Below, piece by piece: positions 1-12,889 of a stretch of 64,000 nucleotides of DNA. A program made the translations under genes and the position numbers. Numbering within the stretch: position 1 is the stretch's first letter; the number at the start of each line of letters is the position of its first letter. Origin of the DNA: Ancylonema sp. (taxonomy: Eukaryota); the NCBI GenBank assembly GCA_050230475.1, contig JBFLGF010000082.1, positions 1-64,000 on the forward strand. Reading direction: 5' to 3'. The notes under the pieces are model-generated. The model saw only the letters and a list, made by a program, of their open reading frames with translations. It did not search any database and had not been told where the DNA came from.

Positions 1-58
1 TCCCTTCCCATCCCACGCCCCCCCCCCCTCCCCCCCCCCCCCCCTGGCCCAATCTCAC

Positions 59-565
59 CTTCAAATGCCCCATGGCCGCCAGATTGAACCCCAGCGTCGT
101 TTTCACCTCCTCCATCGCCCCCCTCATCCTCCCCGCCACCTGGGTGAGCAGCGGGCGGGCAGCGGGGGTGGACACCAACTGCTGCTGATGCATACGGATA
201 AGCAGCACACAGCATCGCGCACAGACCTCCACCCTCCCCCCACCCACCATCCCCTCCGAAACGGCCTCCAGCACTTGGAGGGCATCCGGAAACGGGAGCG
301 TCTGCACACCCCCACCTCCCCACCCCCCCAGCCGCCTCAGCTCCCCCTCCCTCTCTTATCCCCCCCCCCCCAACCTGTGTCCCCATCCCCGACCCCACCC
401 CCCCCTCACCAGCAGCGCCTGCTCCAACTCGCTGCTCCTTACTGCCTGCAGCTGGGCCACCACGTAGGCGGAGGGGGACAGGTCGCCAAGCAACGAGTTG
501 GGGGCGAGGGACTTCCCACTCCTCTCCCTCTGCACCCAATAACCCCACCACACGATCAGACACCT

Positions 566-658
<93 letters not shown>

Positions 659-3600
659 TTGTGCTGTTCCCTCCTCTTCACTTCGTCCGCTGCCACGTCG
701 ATTGCCTCCAGGATGCGGTCTGCAGCATTCAACGTCTCTTTACTCTTGCGCCCCACCACGGCCAGCTGCGCGGACTCCCCCGCCCGCTGTAATGGCACCT
801 CCTCCTCTGCCTCCGCATCAAACAGACTCTCCAAACGGGCCTCCCTCTCCTCCTGCACTCCCCCACTCCCCGGTCAGATTGTGCATCCCCCCCCACCCCC
901 CCCCCAACCCCCGCCCTGCGTCCCCCCCCCCCCACCTCTACAAAGAACGGTTCCTCCGTCCGCTCCCACCTCCTCAACGAGCGGTCGTGCGCCCCTGACA
1001 CCAAAAAGTCTCCGTGGGGGGAGACTGCCAGCGCCCACACCTCCGCGTGGTGGCCCTCCATGGCCAGCAGCTGCTCGAACTTGTCGCAGTCCCAATACTT
1101 GACCAACCCGTCCTTGCCGCAGCTGAACAGGTAGTGGGTACCGCGAACAAACTGGACGGACATCACACTGGGGAAACGGGGACGACAGACGACAGGTGTC
1201 ACTCGACGCAACTGCCACGTGGCACGGAACCGTATAAAAATTCCGAAAAATCAGATAACCCTCTAAAACCTCAACGTATCCCTTAAGAACCCAAATACAA
1301 GAAACCCAGGAAAAAAAATAAAAAAAAATCCTTTCTTTGCGCCCCCAAAACCCTCAAACCTCTCATTTCCCCAACCCCCCAACCAACCCTACCCTTCCCC
1401 CCCCCCCACCTGTCCGCGTGTGCGAACATGGACTTGTGGCAGTCCCCAAAGTCCATCCCCCACAGTTTGATGTTCTTGTCCGCGGATCCGGACGCCAGCA
1501 AGGCGCCGTCGCTGGAGATGTCGATACAGAGGACGGGGAGCTTGTGGCCGTACAAAGAGAGGAAGAACTTGAGGGTGTCCGCAAAGAAAACCTGCCAGAC
1601 AACCACACACAGGGGGCCACGTGTCAGCGGCGCAGCCGTCGGGGCCCTGTTCCGAAGAAAGCGTATTTCCCCTCTCTCCTTCTCCCCATGATTCTCTCTA
1701 GGGTTATTTTTTGGAGTTGTTTTTTGTTTTTTTAAGCGAATTTTCTCGCTTTTTTTTTGGGTTGGGGGCCCCCCCCCCCCCCCCCCCCCCCCGGATATTC
1801 CCCTACCTTGATGGTGGCGTCCAGCAGTGCCACCGCCAAATACTTTCCGTCCGGACTGAAGCGGATGCTGAGGACGTCCTCGGGTAACTTGAGGCTGCGG
1901 CTCTCAATCAAACTCAAACGCTGCGACTTCTGGAAAGCACACACACCACCACCCCTTGGGACTCTATTTCAACCTCCTTCTTTTTTCCTTTCTCCCCCTC
2001 GCAGATGATTATATTAAAAAAACCCGAATAATACATCGGGGAAAAACCAGAGAGGCAGAATGGCAGGAATGGCAGAATGGCAGAATGGCAGAGTGGCAGT
2101 GTGGCAGAAAGTCTCACCGACCCCTCCTCCACCTCCACCTCATAGGTCCAAAACTTGACGAGTTTATCTGCGCTGGCCGTGGCGATCCCACTCCCGTCCG
2201 CCATGGCTGCTATGCCCCACACTGCCCCCACCTGCGCCCCCACCACCCCACCCCTCTCCCCCGCCCCCACCTCCACCACCTCCAGCCGCCCCTCCTTGGT
2301 GCCCACCACCGCGTGGTTGTTTCCCGGGACAAACAGACAGCAAAGGCCGTATCCAGAAGGCACGGTACGCAGGCAGGCGCCTGTGGAGGGGTTCCAGATC
2401 TGGAAGGGGGACAGGGACAGGGGCAGGGACAGGGACAGAGGGGGGGACAGGGATAGGGACAAGGACGGGGTGAGGGAGTGGGGAGAGAGACAGGGCCGTA
2501 CAGGTGTGGTGGTTTGTACGGATGGAAACATGTTCGTGTGTTTTTTACGATCTTGCGGGTATGTTGAGGGGTTTTTGTGGGGTATTTTTGGGTTTTTTTT
2601 AGTGTTTTCGGGGGTTTCGGCTTCTTCGGATTTATCGCGGTTGTTTGGGATTCTATGTTCCATTAATATTTTACTGGCAGAAGGAAGCACCTTGACTGCG
2701 CGGTTGGAGCAGGAGAGCAGCAGACCCGCGTCCGAACTGAGGGCGAGGGCGCGCACGTCCGAGCGGTGGCCAGGGAGCTCGATGGCCCTGCTGACCTCGG
2801 CACTCTCGTTGCTGACGTCATAGACCTGGAACGAGAAAAAAACAAGACCACGGGCTTGATGTCATTCCCGACCCCCACCCCCCCCCCCAGCGTACCCCCA
2901 CCTACCTCCAAACTGTTGCTGTGGAGGGCCAGGGCGACGACAGCTGTCACTCCCTTCCGTCCAGTCTCCGGAGAGAAGGCAAACGAACGAATCTTGTGCT
3001 TGCTGCGCAGAACCTACCGGCCAATCACAGACGGACACGTGGACGCAGATGAGGGAGGACGATAAAACGGATACCCGTAACAAAAAACTCTAAAAAATAC
3101 TTTTTGGTACCTGTAGGAGAGTGACTTCGTCAGAGGCAGCCAGGGTCTCTTCCAGGCCACCATTCAAGGCCCCCCCCTCCCCCCCCCCCTCCCCCTCCCC
3201 CCCCTCTCCCTTCCCCTTCTTCCGTTTCTTCCTCCGTTTGGCTCGCCTCAAGGCCTCATCCGCGTCTCGAACCCTGAACCCCATACCCTACGAGCGACAG
3301 CTCAAAAACCCTAAATTCCCATCACGCGGCTCCCTGAACTCCCATACCACGCACAGAAGCGTGGAAAAAACTCATTTTTTCGACACCCCTACCCGGGTAC
3401 CTCCCCTCCCTCTACTGTGATCCACGCGGTTATCCGGGTCTCACTTGTACAGTTCCACCGTCTTTCCCGCCGCCTGGCAGCCCAGCAGCCCCCCTCCCCG
3501 TGCCTCGTAGCGCACCGTCACCGCCCTGTCCGTACTCTGACGTGGCACACTCCCCATGCTGACAACCACCTCCTTGCCGCCCTCCCCGTCCTCCTCCCCC

Positions 3601-4541
3601 ACGCGGAAGAAACGCAGCTGCGCGTCGCTGCCAGCTGTCACCAGTCTAGTCTGGTGAGGGTTGAGGTCCAGCGACCAGACTTCGCATCGGTGGCCCACCA
3701 GGGTCTGTATGCACGACTGCGTATCTAAATCCCACACGCGGACGAACGTGTCGCGAGAGGAGCTGATGAGGCGACGCCCGCGCTCCAGGAAGACGACATC
3801 TGTCACCTGGAAACCATCAACCCGTACGGATCCATGAGGACTGCCCGCCCGCGTGCCCGCACGTGCACGTGCGTGCGTGCGTGCGTGTAGCCAACCTGAT
3901 CCTTGTGCCCCCTGAATCGGTACAGCCCGACCTCCCCGGCGATGTCCCACACGATGACGTCCGTGTCTTTTGCTCCGGACGCCAACAAGGACCCGCTGGC
4001 ATTGTGACGGAGTGCGGTGACAGCGGAGCCATGCCCGTGTAGCAGAACGTCCCCCGACCCTTTTACATAGTCCCACAGACGGACGCTGCCGTTGGAATAG
4101 CCGACTGCGACCTGCGACTGCAGTTTCCGCAGGGATCACAATTGACGGTATTTAGGAGTGGAGTTTTCAAAATTCAGGATCTATCTAACGCTCATAAAAT
4201 TTGGGAGTAGAAATCCCACGAAGGGATAAGAAAAATTATATATTATTAGCAGCCAGGGCACGGAAAGTTCGGAGACGGATGTAATGCACATCAGTTGGAC
4301 TTACAGAGGGTGGATTCGTATTATGCCTTGCTAGGGCAGTAACCTCCGGTTTCGCGCCTGATCCTTCTGATTCAGTTAGAGTGTGGACCAAGGTGCCTAG
4401 CTTCACGTTCCACACTTGCGCTTTTTCCAAGGCACCACAAATCAGCAGCTTTCCCGCCGCATCCCACAGAACATTTGAATTTCCAGAAACAATGACACCA
4501 AACGAGGCAGCTTGCTCGTAGCGAAGGTAAGTTTTAACCAT
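59..4541 (-). CDS. UTP12: U3 snoRNA-associated WD40 protein UTP12/WDR3/DIP2, 3' end outside window
   Basis: Starts [19 protein letters not shown]40 repeats [58 protein letters not shown]. Utp12 C-terminal domain ELEQALLTLPF...LGFNLAAM. Exons approx. 4541-4305, 4111-3896, 3806-3445, 3273-3111, 3013-2906, 2825-2691, 2399-2118, 1929-1807, 1591-1410, 1167-936, 852-658, 529-410, 301-59. Junctions are GT-AG except the one at the poly-G run. Confidence 0.95.
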
Positions 4542-4806
4542 GGAGTTTGCCCGATGCTGCAAACCAGCTGCACTACTTCAGTCACTTGAAATGAATTCTA
4601 CATTGAGGTCACGAACTTCAAACTGTCAATCGTAATCTTCTCACAATTTCTAAAACATGGGGACTTGATTTTTCTCTATTCCCGAAATACGACTAGGAAA
4701 TGTTTCCATAAGATGACCATACATTTCAGGGAAAGGAGTGGTTTTGTACCAGTGTGTTTGAGCGCGAGCTTTCCCAGCGCCGGATACGCCGCTGCACAAC
4801 ACGCAG

Positions 4807-4980
4807 CGGGAGCCCAAAGCCCAAAGGGCCCAGAGCCCACAAGGTTTCGGCTCATTGAGCCCGTAGCTCGCAGGCGTAAGTGATCTCCGCCTCGGAGCCC
4901 AGAGTCCAGGGCCGAGCCCAGGGCCCTAGCCAGGACCTTAGAGCCCAAAAATTGCGGACTCATGGGCTCGCAGCCCATGA
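4807..4980. repeat. Fragment of GAGCCC-rich TIR element end
   Basis: gagcccacaagg...ggctcattgagccc resembles the subterminal region of the element at 52751-53874. Confidence 0.55.
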
Positions 4981-5043
4981 CTGATAATAACAATACACCC
5001 AAAAGTGCTGCCAAAAGGGCTGCGGGCACCTCATATGAGGTGA

Positions 5044-7769
5044 TAGTGTTGGGGCCCACCCGCCAGATACCTCCGGGTGGGTTGAAAACGGACCCGCCAC
5101 CCGCCTTCGACCCGCCAGCTCCCCCCACCCGCCCTCCACCCGCCTTCCACGCGCCCCACCAGCGATGCACCCGCCGACCCGCCAAAAATGGCGGGTGGGC
5201 GGGAAAAATGGACATTTTGAGTATGAAAACTGTTACAAAACAATATACTACTGCGTATTAGGTACTATTTAACACAAAAAAATGGAAGAGATGTCCAATT
5301 TCTTGGTTTTCGGACAATTTTGACACTTCCCCTATTGCAAGGGTATTGTACATGAAACAATACACAAGACGGACACTACTCGGAAGTATCACGTGAGGAG
5401 TTCCACGCGTACATCCATGTTAATTGAGTTTTTTTTTTGTGTGAGTGGCGGTGGCCGTTGCAATTCCACGCGGTTGACCCCACCCGATGAAGTGCGTGAA
5501 ATGATATTTTTTTCAATTTGGCATTAATTGGCGATGTTTTATTCTAGTCTTGGCTATGCATGTTGAGTAGCCCATATAAAGTGTGGCTCATATTGTCGCA
5601 CGGTGACCGACCCCAAAGTAAGGAAGCAAAGCTAGTTTATTTGTGTGGATGAAACGCAATGAAATGCATGGAATGACCAGTAAAATGTTGTACATTTTGA
5701 ACCATTGTTGCATTAAATATGGTAGCCAACTAACCAATATTAGATGAACATCTACAAACACAACTTCTCAATCTCTTTCATCTACAGCCAAAACTCAACT
5801 ACTCACTAGTAGTCAACAGCATGCAATAAATACAAGAAGACGTTTATGTGCCTATTTGCAAGGGTGCTCGCAAATGAAAAATATCTCATTACTTACACCG
5901 GTGCTACTAGTGACACAAAACAATTTCCAGGCACAATGGAAACCTCACTACTTCTCTACATGTAGCTCTCCATGTCCGTGAAACTCAACGATTTGAATGA
6001 GTTTAGAGGGTTGTTGCTATTGATGATCAACAAGTGAGGATTTTCGATGTGTAGACCATCCTTGCTCAACGTCCTTCAGCACATCCTCCACTCGCACCCC
6101 CACTCCATCAACACACTCTGCCGGTTTTACCCGCCATCCCCACTCAAGTAGCATGTCCTTCACCAAATCATCAGATACACACATCTGATTGCCCTCGGAT
6201 TCAAGCCCTCCACACTGAATGCTGGTTGTAACACGTATGCTATGACGAACACTTCCTGATCCATCTTCCCACCGACTTGTAAATATTTCAATAACAATGG
6301 GTTGGCGAAATTAGACGAAAAACACATGCGAGGCAGCATGATTTGGAGCAAGTGGGTACAAACCTCGATTGACTTTCGCATGAGGTTCTTCACCTCCTTA
6401 TCCTCCACAATACCAAAATGCATGAACAGTTGGCACATGCGCTTGAAGACGTCCCCCAGCGTCAACTTATCAAATTCCGGAATGATATTGACCACCTTTA
6501 GTGGCACCACAACCATTGCAACCTGCACCACTACACCCACCGCACGTTACAAACTCCTGGTGATGCTCAAATGTGTAGCAAGTAAATATCACTAGCTCAC
6601 CAATTTTTAGTAGGGCTCAAAACCCCTCGTCCTTGCACCAGCTGATCAAACTCCTCACTTTCTCCTTCAGAGCCGGTGTTGATGGAGATCTCAAAAAGGC
6701 GTCGCCCTCCTCCACTACGAGTAAGTGCAATGCCAACTCCACCTACATAAAGTACAACACAAAGCAATAAACTATACCAAAAAAATCCAAAGGAATCCAC
6801 CTAAAAAAGCACCCTACCTCAAGAAGTGCACAAGATTGCATCCGCCATGAAACTGCAACGATTGGACACAGGGAGCACCAAGAAAGCTACTCTTTTGAGT
6901 AATGCCTTCGCCTTCGTCTTCAACTTCTCGTTTGCAAGCGAGTGACTCATGAACCAGTTGATGATATTTGTCGCTTTCTCGATCGCCGCGGTGCACACGT
7001 GCTCAACTTGTCACAATGATGAACCGTCATTTTATATGAACTATATATGTATATGATATAAGAACTGGCAAACTTTTATGATTTAAATATTCATATTGGA
7101 ATACATTGTCTCACCCACCTTTAAAAAATATCATGTAATCAGCGCCACCAAATGGGTAGCGCAATCCAAAGAAAGAATGTCTTTCCGATACTTCAACGCA
7201 ATCTTCCTGCCCAACTTGCAATTTGGAGCCGCATCCGAAGTCATTGCGAGCACTTGAACTCCGTACTTCTCCTCCAACATCCGCACCACTTCGTCGAGTC
7301 GCGACGCGATGAACTCCCCTGTCTCCATCACGGCAGTTACATTCTCCGTCTTCATCGGGAACACCTACAGGTGACATAATAATATCACGTGCAAAATAAG
7401 CATAATTTGATGGAACAACCCGAAAAACAAGATGTACAGAGTAAGCAAAATACCATGTACAAAAAATGTACAGAGCAAATTGTCCGAAATCAAGAAAATT
7501 GACATCTCTTCTAATTTTGTATGTTAAATAATACCCAGAAAGCATTTGTATTTGTTTTGAAAAAGTTTCCTTACTCGTGTTCATTTAACCCGCCCACCCG
7601 CCATTTTTGGCGGGTCGGCGGATGCATCGCGGGTGGGGCGGGTGGAAGCGGGTGGAGGGCGGGTGGGGGGTGGGCACTATAGCACCCGCCAAAGTGCTCA
7701 GGGTGGGGTGGGTTTCGGACCCGAGCGGATCGCGGGTGGATGAGGGTGGCGGGTGGGCCCCAACACATA
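5044..7769 (-). mobile_element. Decayed hAT DNA transposon
   Basis: Inverted termini (GTGTTGGGGCCCACCCGCCA) with inverted CCCGCC-rich subterminal blocks. Transposase remnant at 7131-7364, MTSDAAPNC...DCATHLVAL, matches the hAT TDNAxN and CxxH motifs. Further fragments extend to about 6160. No clear TSD. Confidence 0.8.
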
Positions 7770-8836
7770 CAAGAGGCAGAATCTACAAAAAAAAAAGACC
7801 TTTTGGCACGATACGACTCATACACATTTTGGGGCGTTTGTCAGTTAAATTCCCGCCGTGAAAGCATCTACAAGTCCGAAGTTGGGCCTCTCACCCTAGG
7901 GGTCGGCAATTTTAAATCTGAGCGTGTTACGAAGTTTAAATGCTCACAAACTTTTCATCGATGGCTCTGACCCTTTTCCACATGAGTGTCCGGAATTCCC
8001 GTGACACACTCCGATCGTACCGGGGAACCTCTAAGGTCATTTGCGTACCATTGCGCATCATTGCGGTGCATTACGCACCTCCTCGCCAAAGTCAACTTCA
8101 CAATTTTGACGAAGTTAAAAGCAACCGCTCACAGCAGCAAGTTATTAAGTCTTTTTATCTGAAGTATTCTTTCCTAGTTTGGTGCCCACATGTGTGCGGG
8201 GTTGAGCGCGCATTTTCCGAACATGTGCGTATCGCGTACATGTTCCGAGCATGTGCGCGATTTTAGATGTGCGCGCCCAACAATGGACATTTCCTTTTCA
8301 ATACGATTGGGTTTTTTTTTTTTTTTCAAATAAAATAATTGAGTGTCGTATTATTTTAATGTTTTATTTTAACAGTTTCAAGTGGTTCCGAATCGCGATT
8401 CAGAGGTTTTAGGTGTCAGAACGAGGTTCCTATTTCTCCAGTGCCGATCCATGACCACCAGAAAGTTTGAGAAGTTATGCCCCCGAGTAGTTGGAAAATG
8501 ATATTTTCCGATTGTATCTAAAAAATTCTTACAATGTATAACACACTGAAGACGGGGGCACTACATGTTAGCGGTGCTCCTCTTGCAAGCATTTTGGGAA
8601 AATGTCTATGTCTGAACCATTCTACGACAAGTAGTCACTCATTTCATGCCATTCAAGTACACGCAGAACTAATGGTAGAGCTTACACAAACATTTTTAAA
8701 AGTAGAGTCCCTACTTCACCTCCCCACAAAATTGGGACTCGCAAACAAAATTCGAATACAGCTCAGTTTATGTCAAAAAAAGATTTCGTGAGCACCCAAC
8801 AACCCCTATTATCATCTCTTTCCACCAAACCTACTA

Positions 8837-11800
8837 TCATCTCCTCTCCATTTCCTCCCTAGATCCTCTAGCCCTCATAGGCATCATCTTGCCCCCCCCC
8901 CCCCCCAACAGCTTGGTGCCGATGAGGTATCGCAGCACGGGGATGAGGCCAATGAGCGCAACCCGCATGTCTTCGTTGGAGGCGAGACGGATACTGAGCT
9001 GCCCCTGGGCCCGGTTGTTCAAACTTGATCGCACCTGGTACAGCCACACAGAGGCAATGGAAGTCAGCGTACAGCTCATAACCCTACTTTCATGCTTCAA
9101 ACCCTCTGCCGCATCCCCCCCCCCTACCCACCCCCCCCCCCCACCTGCACCGTGTGCTTCCCTACTTCCATCCCCGTCCCCACGTTGGCCCCCACCGCCA
9201 GATCCCCGTGCCAATCAATGAGAGACAGCCCCGCTGACGTGACCCCCTGATACCACGGGTACTCGGAATGCTTCCAGCTCCCCTCCAGACACGCACCCTT
9301 GGCCGCCTCCCCATTGGCCCTCATCACCGCCACCCCCCCGTGCAGCTTCCCCTTGCGCCCCACCCGCCACGTGCCCTCCGTCTTCACCCCCTTGGTCCAG
9401 AAGCCCTGGATGAGGGAGCTGCCCAGGCCCAGGGACAGGATGAGGCCCTTGGCCACTTTGGAGCGCAGGTCCGGTCTGGCGCTGTACGAAAGCTCCTTGT
9501 TGCCCACAGTGGTCACGTCCAGGGCGGAGGTGACGACAGGGTAGGACTCCCCCCCCCCCATCCAGTCCGACCCCGTGCTCTCCAGCCTGACCTGCGACTC
9601 CTTCTTGTCTTTGCTCAGCTGCGCGGAGAGGGTGTGGGGAATGGAGAACGCCTCCCCCGTCTTCTCCACGGAGAAGGCGTCGTATCCGCTGTCGTGGTCC
9701 CAACCGTGCTGCTCCAGCAGGGGGCGCACCACCCACTGAAACCCAACCCCCAACCCCCGACCCCCAACCTCGTCAGCAACGATGCGGGGGCGGGTGCTGC
9801 ACGGGTGGGGTCCACGTGGCTCACCGAGGAGGGCCCGTCGAGGTAGCGATAGCGATGCACGGGGTTGTCTCCGTCAAAGGAGAGTGGCAGCGTCATGTCC
9901 GGCATGATAACCGGAACCTGTCCCTCCCTGGCAGCCTCCTCCTCCGCCAGTGCCTGCGCCTCCTCCAACCCCATCCCACCCCCGCCCAAGGAGGAAGGGA
10001 TCTGGTCTTGGGGGGGGACTTTGGCCTGGCGCTTGGCCTCCCGGCGCCGCCGAATCTGGTCCCTCCATTCCCTCATCTGCATTCGCACACACAAACACAA
10101 ACCCAAACCCACACTGTTAGCCCTCCCCTCTCCACCCCCGCTTCCCCCTGTCCTTCCCGCCATGGCCCTACCTTGGCAGACCTCTCTCGGTCCTCCACCT
10201 CCTCCTCGTACTCCGTCCTCTGCTGCGGCGTCAGACTTGCCAAGTCCTCCCGCTTCAAGTACGCAAAGGGGGGCAGCTCCTCCTCCTCCCCCTCCCCCTC
10301 CACCTCCTCCTCGTCCACCAGATCATCCTCGTGATCTTCCTCATCCCCCACCTGGGTGGGCTTCCTCACAGGATGGCGCTCGTTCAGCAGTTGGGAGAGG
10401 AGGTAGGGGAGGGGGGGCTGCCTGGGCCTCTGCCCCCCCAGGTGGGCCGCCCCCCTCGCCCCCCCCCCCGACTCCACCCCGCTCTTCATGATGCTGTTCG
10501 CTTCCGCCAGGATCTTGGAGGAGAAGGCGAGGAGCAGCATTTGGGGGCGCCAGATTTGACCGTTGGGGAGCACCCGTTCCCCGCCCCGGTTCCTTCGGCA
10601 GTTGGGGTGGTTCTCCGCCAGCGCCACCGGGCTCATGAGGCGGTTGTCCTGGCACGCCATCCGGATCCCCGTCTGGATGCCGATGGACCGCTGCGCCAGG
10701 TACGCCTCGTACGACATCACGTTCCCCCGCGAGTCCTCCGGCAGCGCCGAGCAGCTGTGCGTCAGAACGACCATGGCGTTGAACCATATCATTTGGCCGA
10801 ACACTTCCGTGATGGTGCGCATGAGGGGGACGTCGGAGAACTGGCGGGAGGACATGTCCAGGCGGTCGCAGTAGAGGACGATGTCGGGGACCCGTTTCTT
10901 GATGAACTTGCGGACCGAGGTCAGGATTCGCTCGTTCTTCGGCTGCTCTGCCGCAGCCTGTTCCAGCCCAGGGGTGTCGATGATGCGCAGACGGATGCCG
11001 TGCACCTCCCCGCTCACCTCCCGCACCTTGGTGGTGGGCGGCTCGGGAGCCATGGGCTTGTCAAGAATGGAGTTGATGGTCGCCGTCTTCCCCACCCCGG
11101 CCTTCCCAATCAGCATCAACGTACAATCGAATCCGATCTTCCCCTCCTCCCCGTCCTCCGCATCCAGCCTTGCTGCCTCATTACTGGCCCTCGCATCCAG
11201 GGCTCCCCGCAGCCCCATGGTGTTGACACCTGGCCTCCCCGCCTGCCTCATATGCATTTGCTCCGCCAGTCTGAGCCTGTACAGCACTTGGGCCACCACC
11301 GTGTTGTGCTCATTGGCCCCCAGACGGTGCGCAATACGGAGCAACATCACCCGAATATTGACCAGGTCGTCCGCGGGTTTCCTCTGGGCGGGGGTCATCT
11401 CCGGCTCCGCAGCAGCAGCATCTGCGGCGGGGGAAGGCGCCTCCCCCGCCGCTCCACTGGGACGTGCAGTCGAACGCGGCGGGGCCAGGACCCGAGCTCG
11501 TAAACCGTTTCCCATGCCCCTCGGCTGGTTTTCCCCTGCCTCCTCCTGACTTCTCGCCTGCAGAGCTCTCTGTAGGGCACGGCTCAGTCCTTCTGCCTCG
11601 TCCTCCGCATCGCCGTCCTCTCCATCCTCTTCCGTCTCCTCATCCTCTTCCTCCTCGTCCTCCTCTTCCTCTTCCTCTTCCTCTTCATCCTCCCCCTCGT
11701 CCAAACCTTCGATCTCTACTGTCGCGGCTTGGGATCTTCCCCCATTTGAAGAAGTGATTCCTGACGCTGCTGCCAATCCACCATCAATACGGTCAAGAGA

Positions 11801-12538
11801 ACCATTTGCAGCTGGTGCTTGCACAGTTCCTTGTGATTTTTTCGCTTCCGTACCGCCGGGCTCTGCAGTCCCCTGAATTCCGTTGGCTTGAACGCTCTGT
11901 GCCTTCGTAGCCTCAGCAGAAGAATCCGCACCGGCGACAGGTGAGCTATCCTCCGCTTTACTGTCCGGACTGGGCAGCTCACCCGTGGCTTCTACAGCTG
12001 CTTTCATTACCTCCAGAGGAGCATCAGGTGGTGTAACGACAGGCGCAGCGTTGACTTGCTCACCGTCTCCACCCGTGCTTTCAGTGGGGATCGGCGCAGC
12101 AGATACCTCATTTTCGACTTCAGGTGCAACAGCTGCGTCATCCACATTCTGAGAAGCTTCATTCCCAACTGAAGCCGCATTCAACTCCCCAGAGGCATCT
12201 CGGACAAGGTCCGTCACCCCATCAACACAGCCAAACTCCGAGCCCTCATCATCGTCGTCGTCGCCAGCCGCTGCCTTGAATGCGGCATCCGCGAAGCTAG
12301 CAGAGTCAGGCGACGCACCTGTCGCGTCTAGAAACTCTGAATCTTCTTCTACTTTCGAGAATGGAAGTGGGACAGAGACCTCGCGCTGCAGGGTCGTCAC
12401 AGAGGCTTCTTCTGGAGCACGACTGGTGGCCTCATCGTGAGCAGCAGTACTGCCAGAGGTTGACGGTTCAGAATTGGACGACAGACTAGACGAAGTTCGC
12501 TGAAAACTCTGAGACAATGTGCGGACAAAAGAATTCAT
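8837..12538 (-). CDS. TOC159: Chloroplast outer-envelope preprotein receptor GTPase, TOC159/132/120 family
   Basis: Acidic N-terminal A-domain. G-domain GKAGVGKTATINSI, IIDTPGL, PDIVLYCDRLD, ENHPNCRRNR..VLPNGQIWRPQMLLL. M-domain PDMTLPLSFDGDNPVHRYRYL, HGWDHDSGYD. Exons 12538-10172, 10076-9825, 9735-9145, 9034-8837. Confidence 0.95.
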
Positions 12539-12889
12539 ACTTTACATGCACCAGGTACGGAATCGATATTTTCGTGACTCAATTTTAACGATATTGTCCA
12601 GCTTACAAAGCTTAAAAAAACATCATCTGAAGAAAAGTAGTCCAGCAACCTGACGCCTCCTCTACGCCTCGAGTTCCACCCGCAAGCATGTGATGTCCTT
12701 TTCTGCTATTACCCCAGCTAATCCGGGATCACTTTGATGGGCGTGGATCCAACACTGTTCTGAACCCCACGCCTCACTGTGACACGGAACCTCGGTTTTG
12801 AGGAACGGAGCCGTACGGTCAGCCGAGAACAGGATAGGACACGATTTTGTGCCAATCCAAAAACCTGGATCGTCATAACCGGGATCCTC

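Noticed and set aside
566..656. 91-nt poly-G run giving poly-Pro/poly-Gly ORFs and an apparent GC donor in UTP12
   Set aside because: It lies at an exon/intron junction and long homopolymers are unreliable. The ORFs are artefacts and the donor cannot be called.
10331..11549. Long plus-strand ORFs opposite TOC159 (and similar ones opposite UTP12 and SUS)
   Set aside because: Antisense shadows of GC-rich coding sequence with no recognisable domains.
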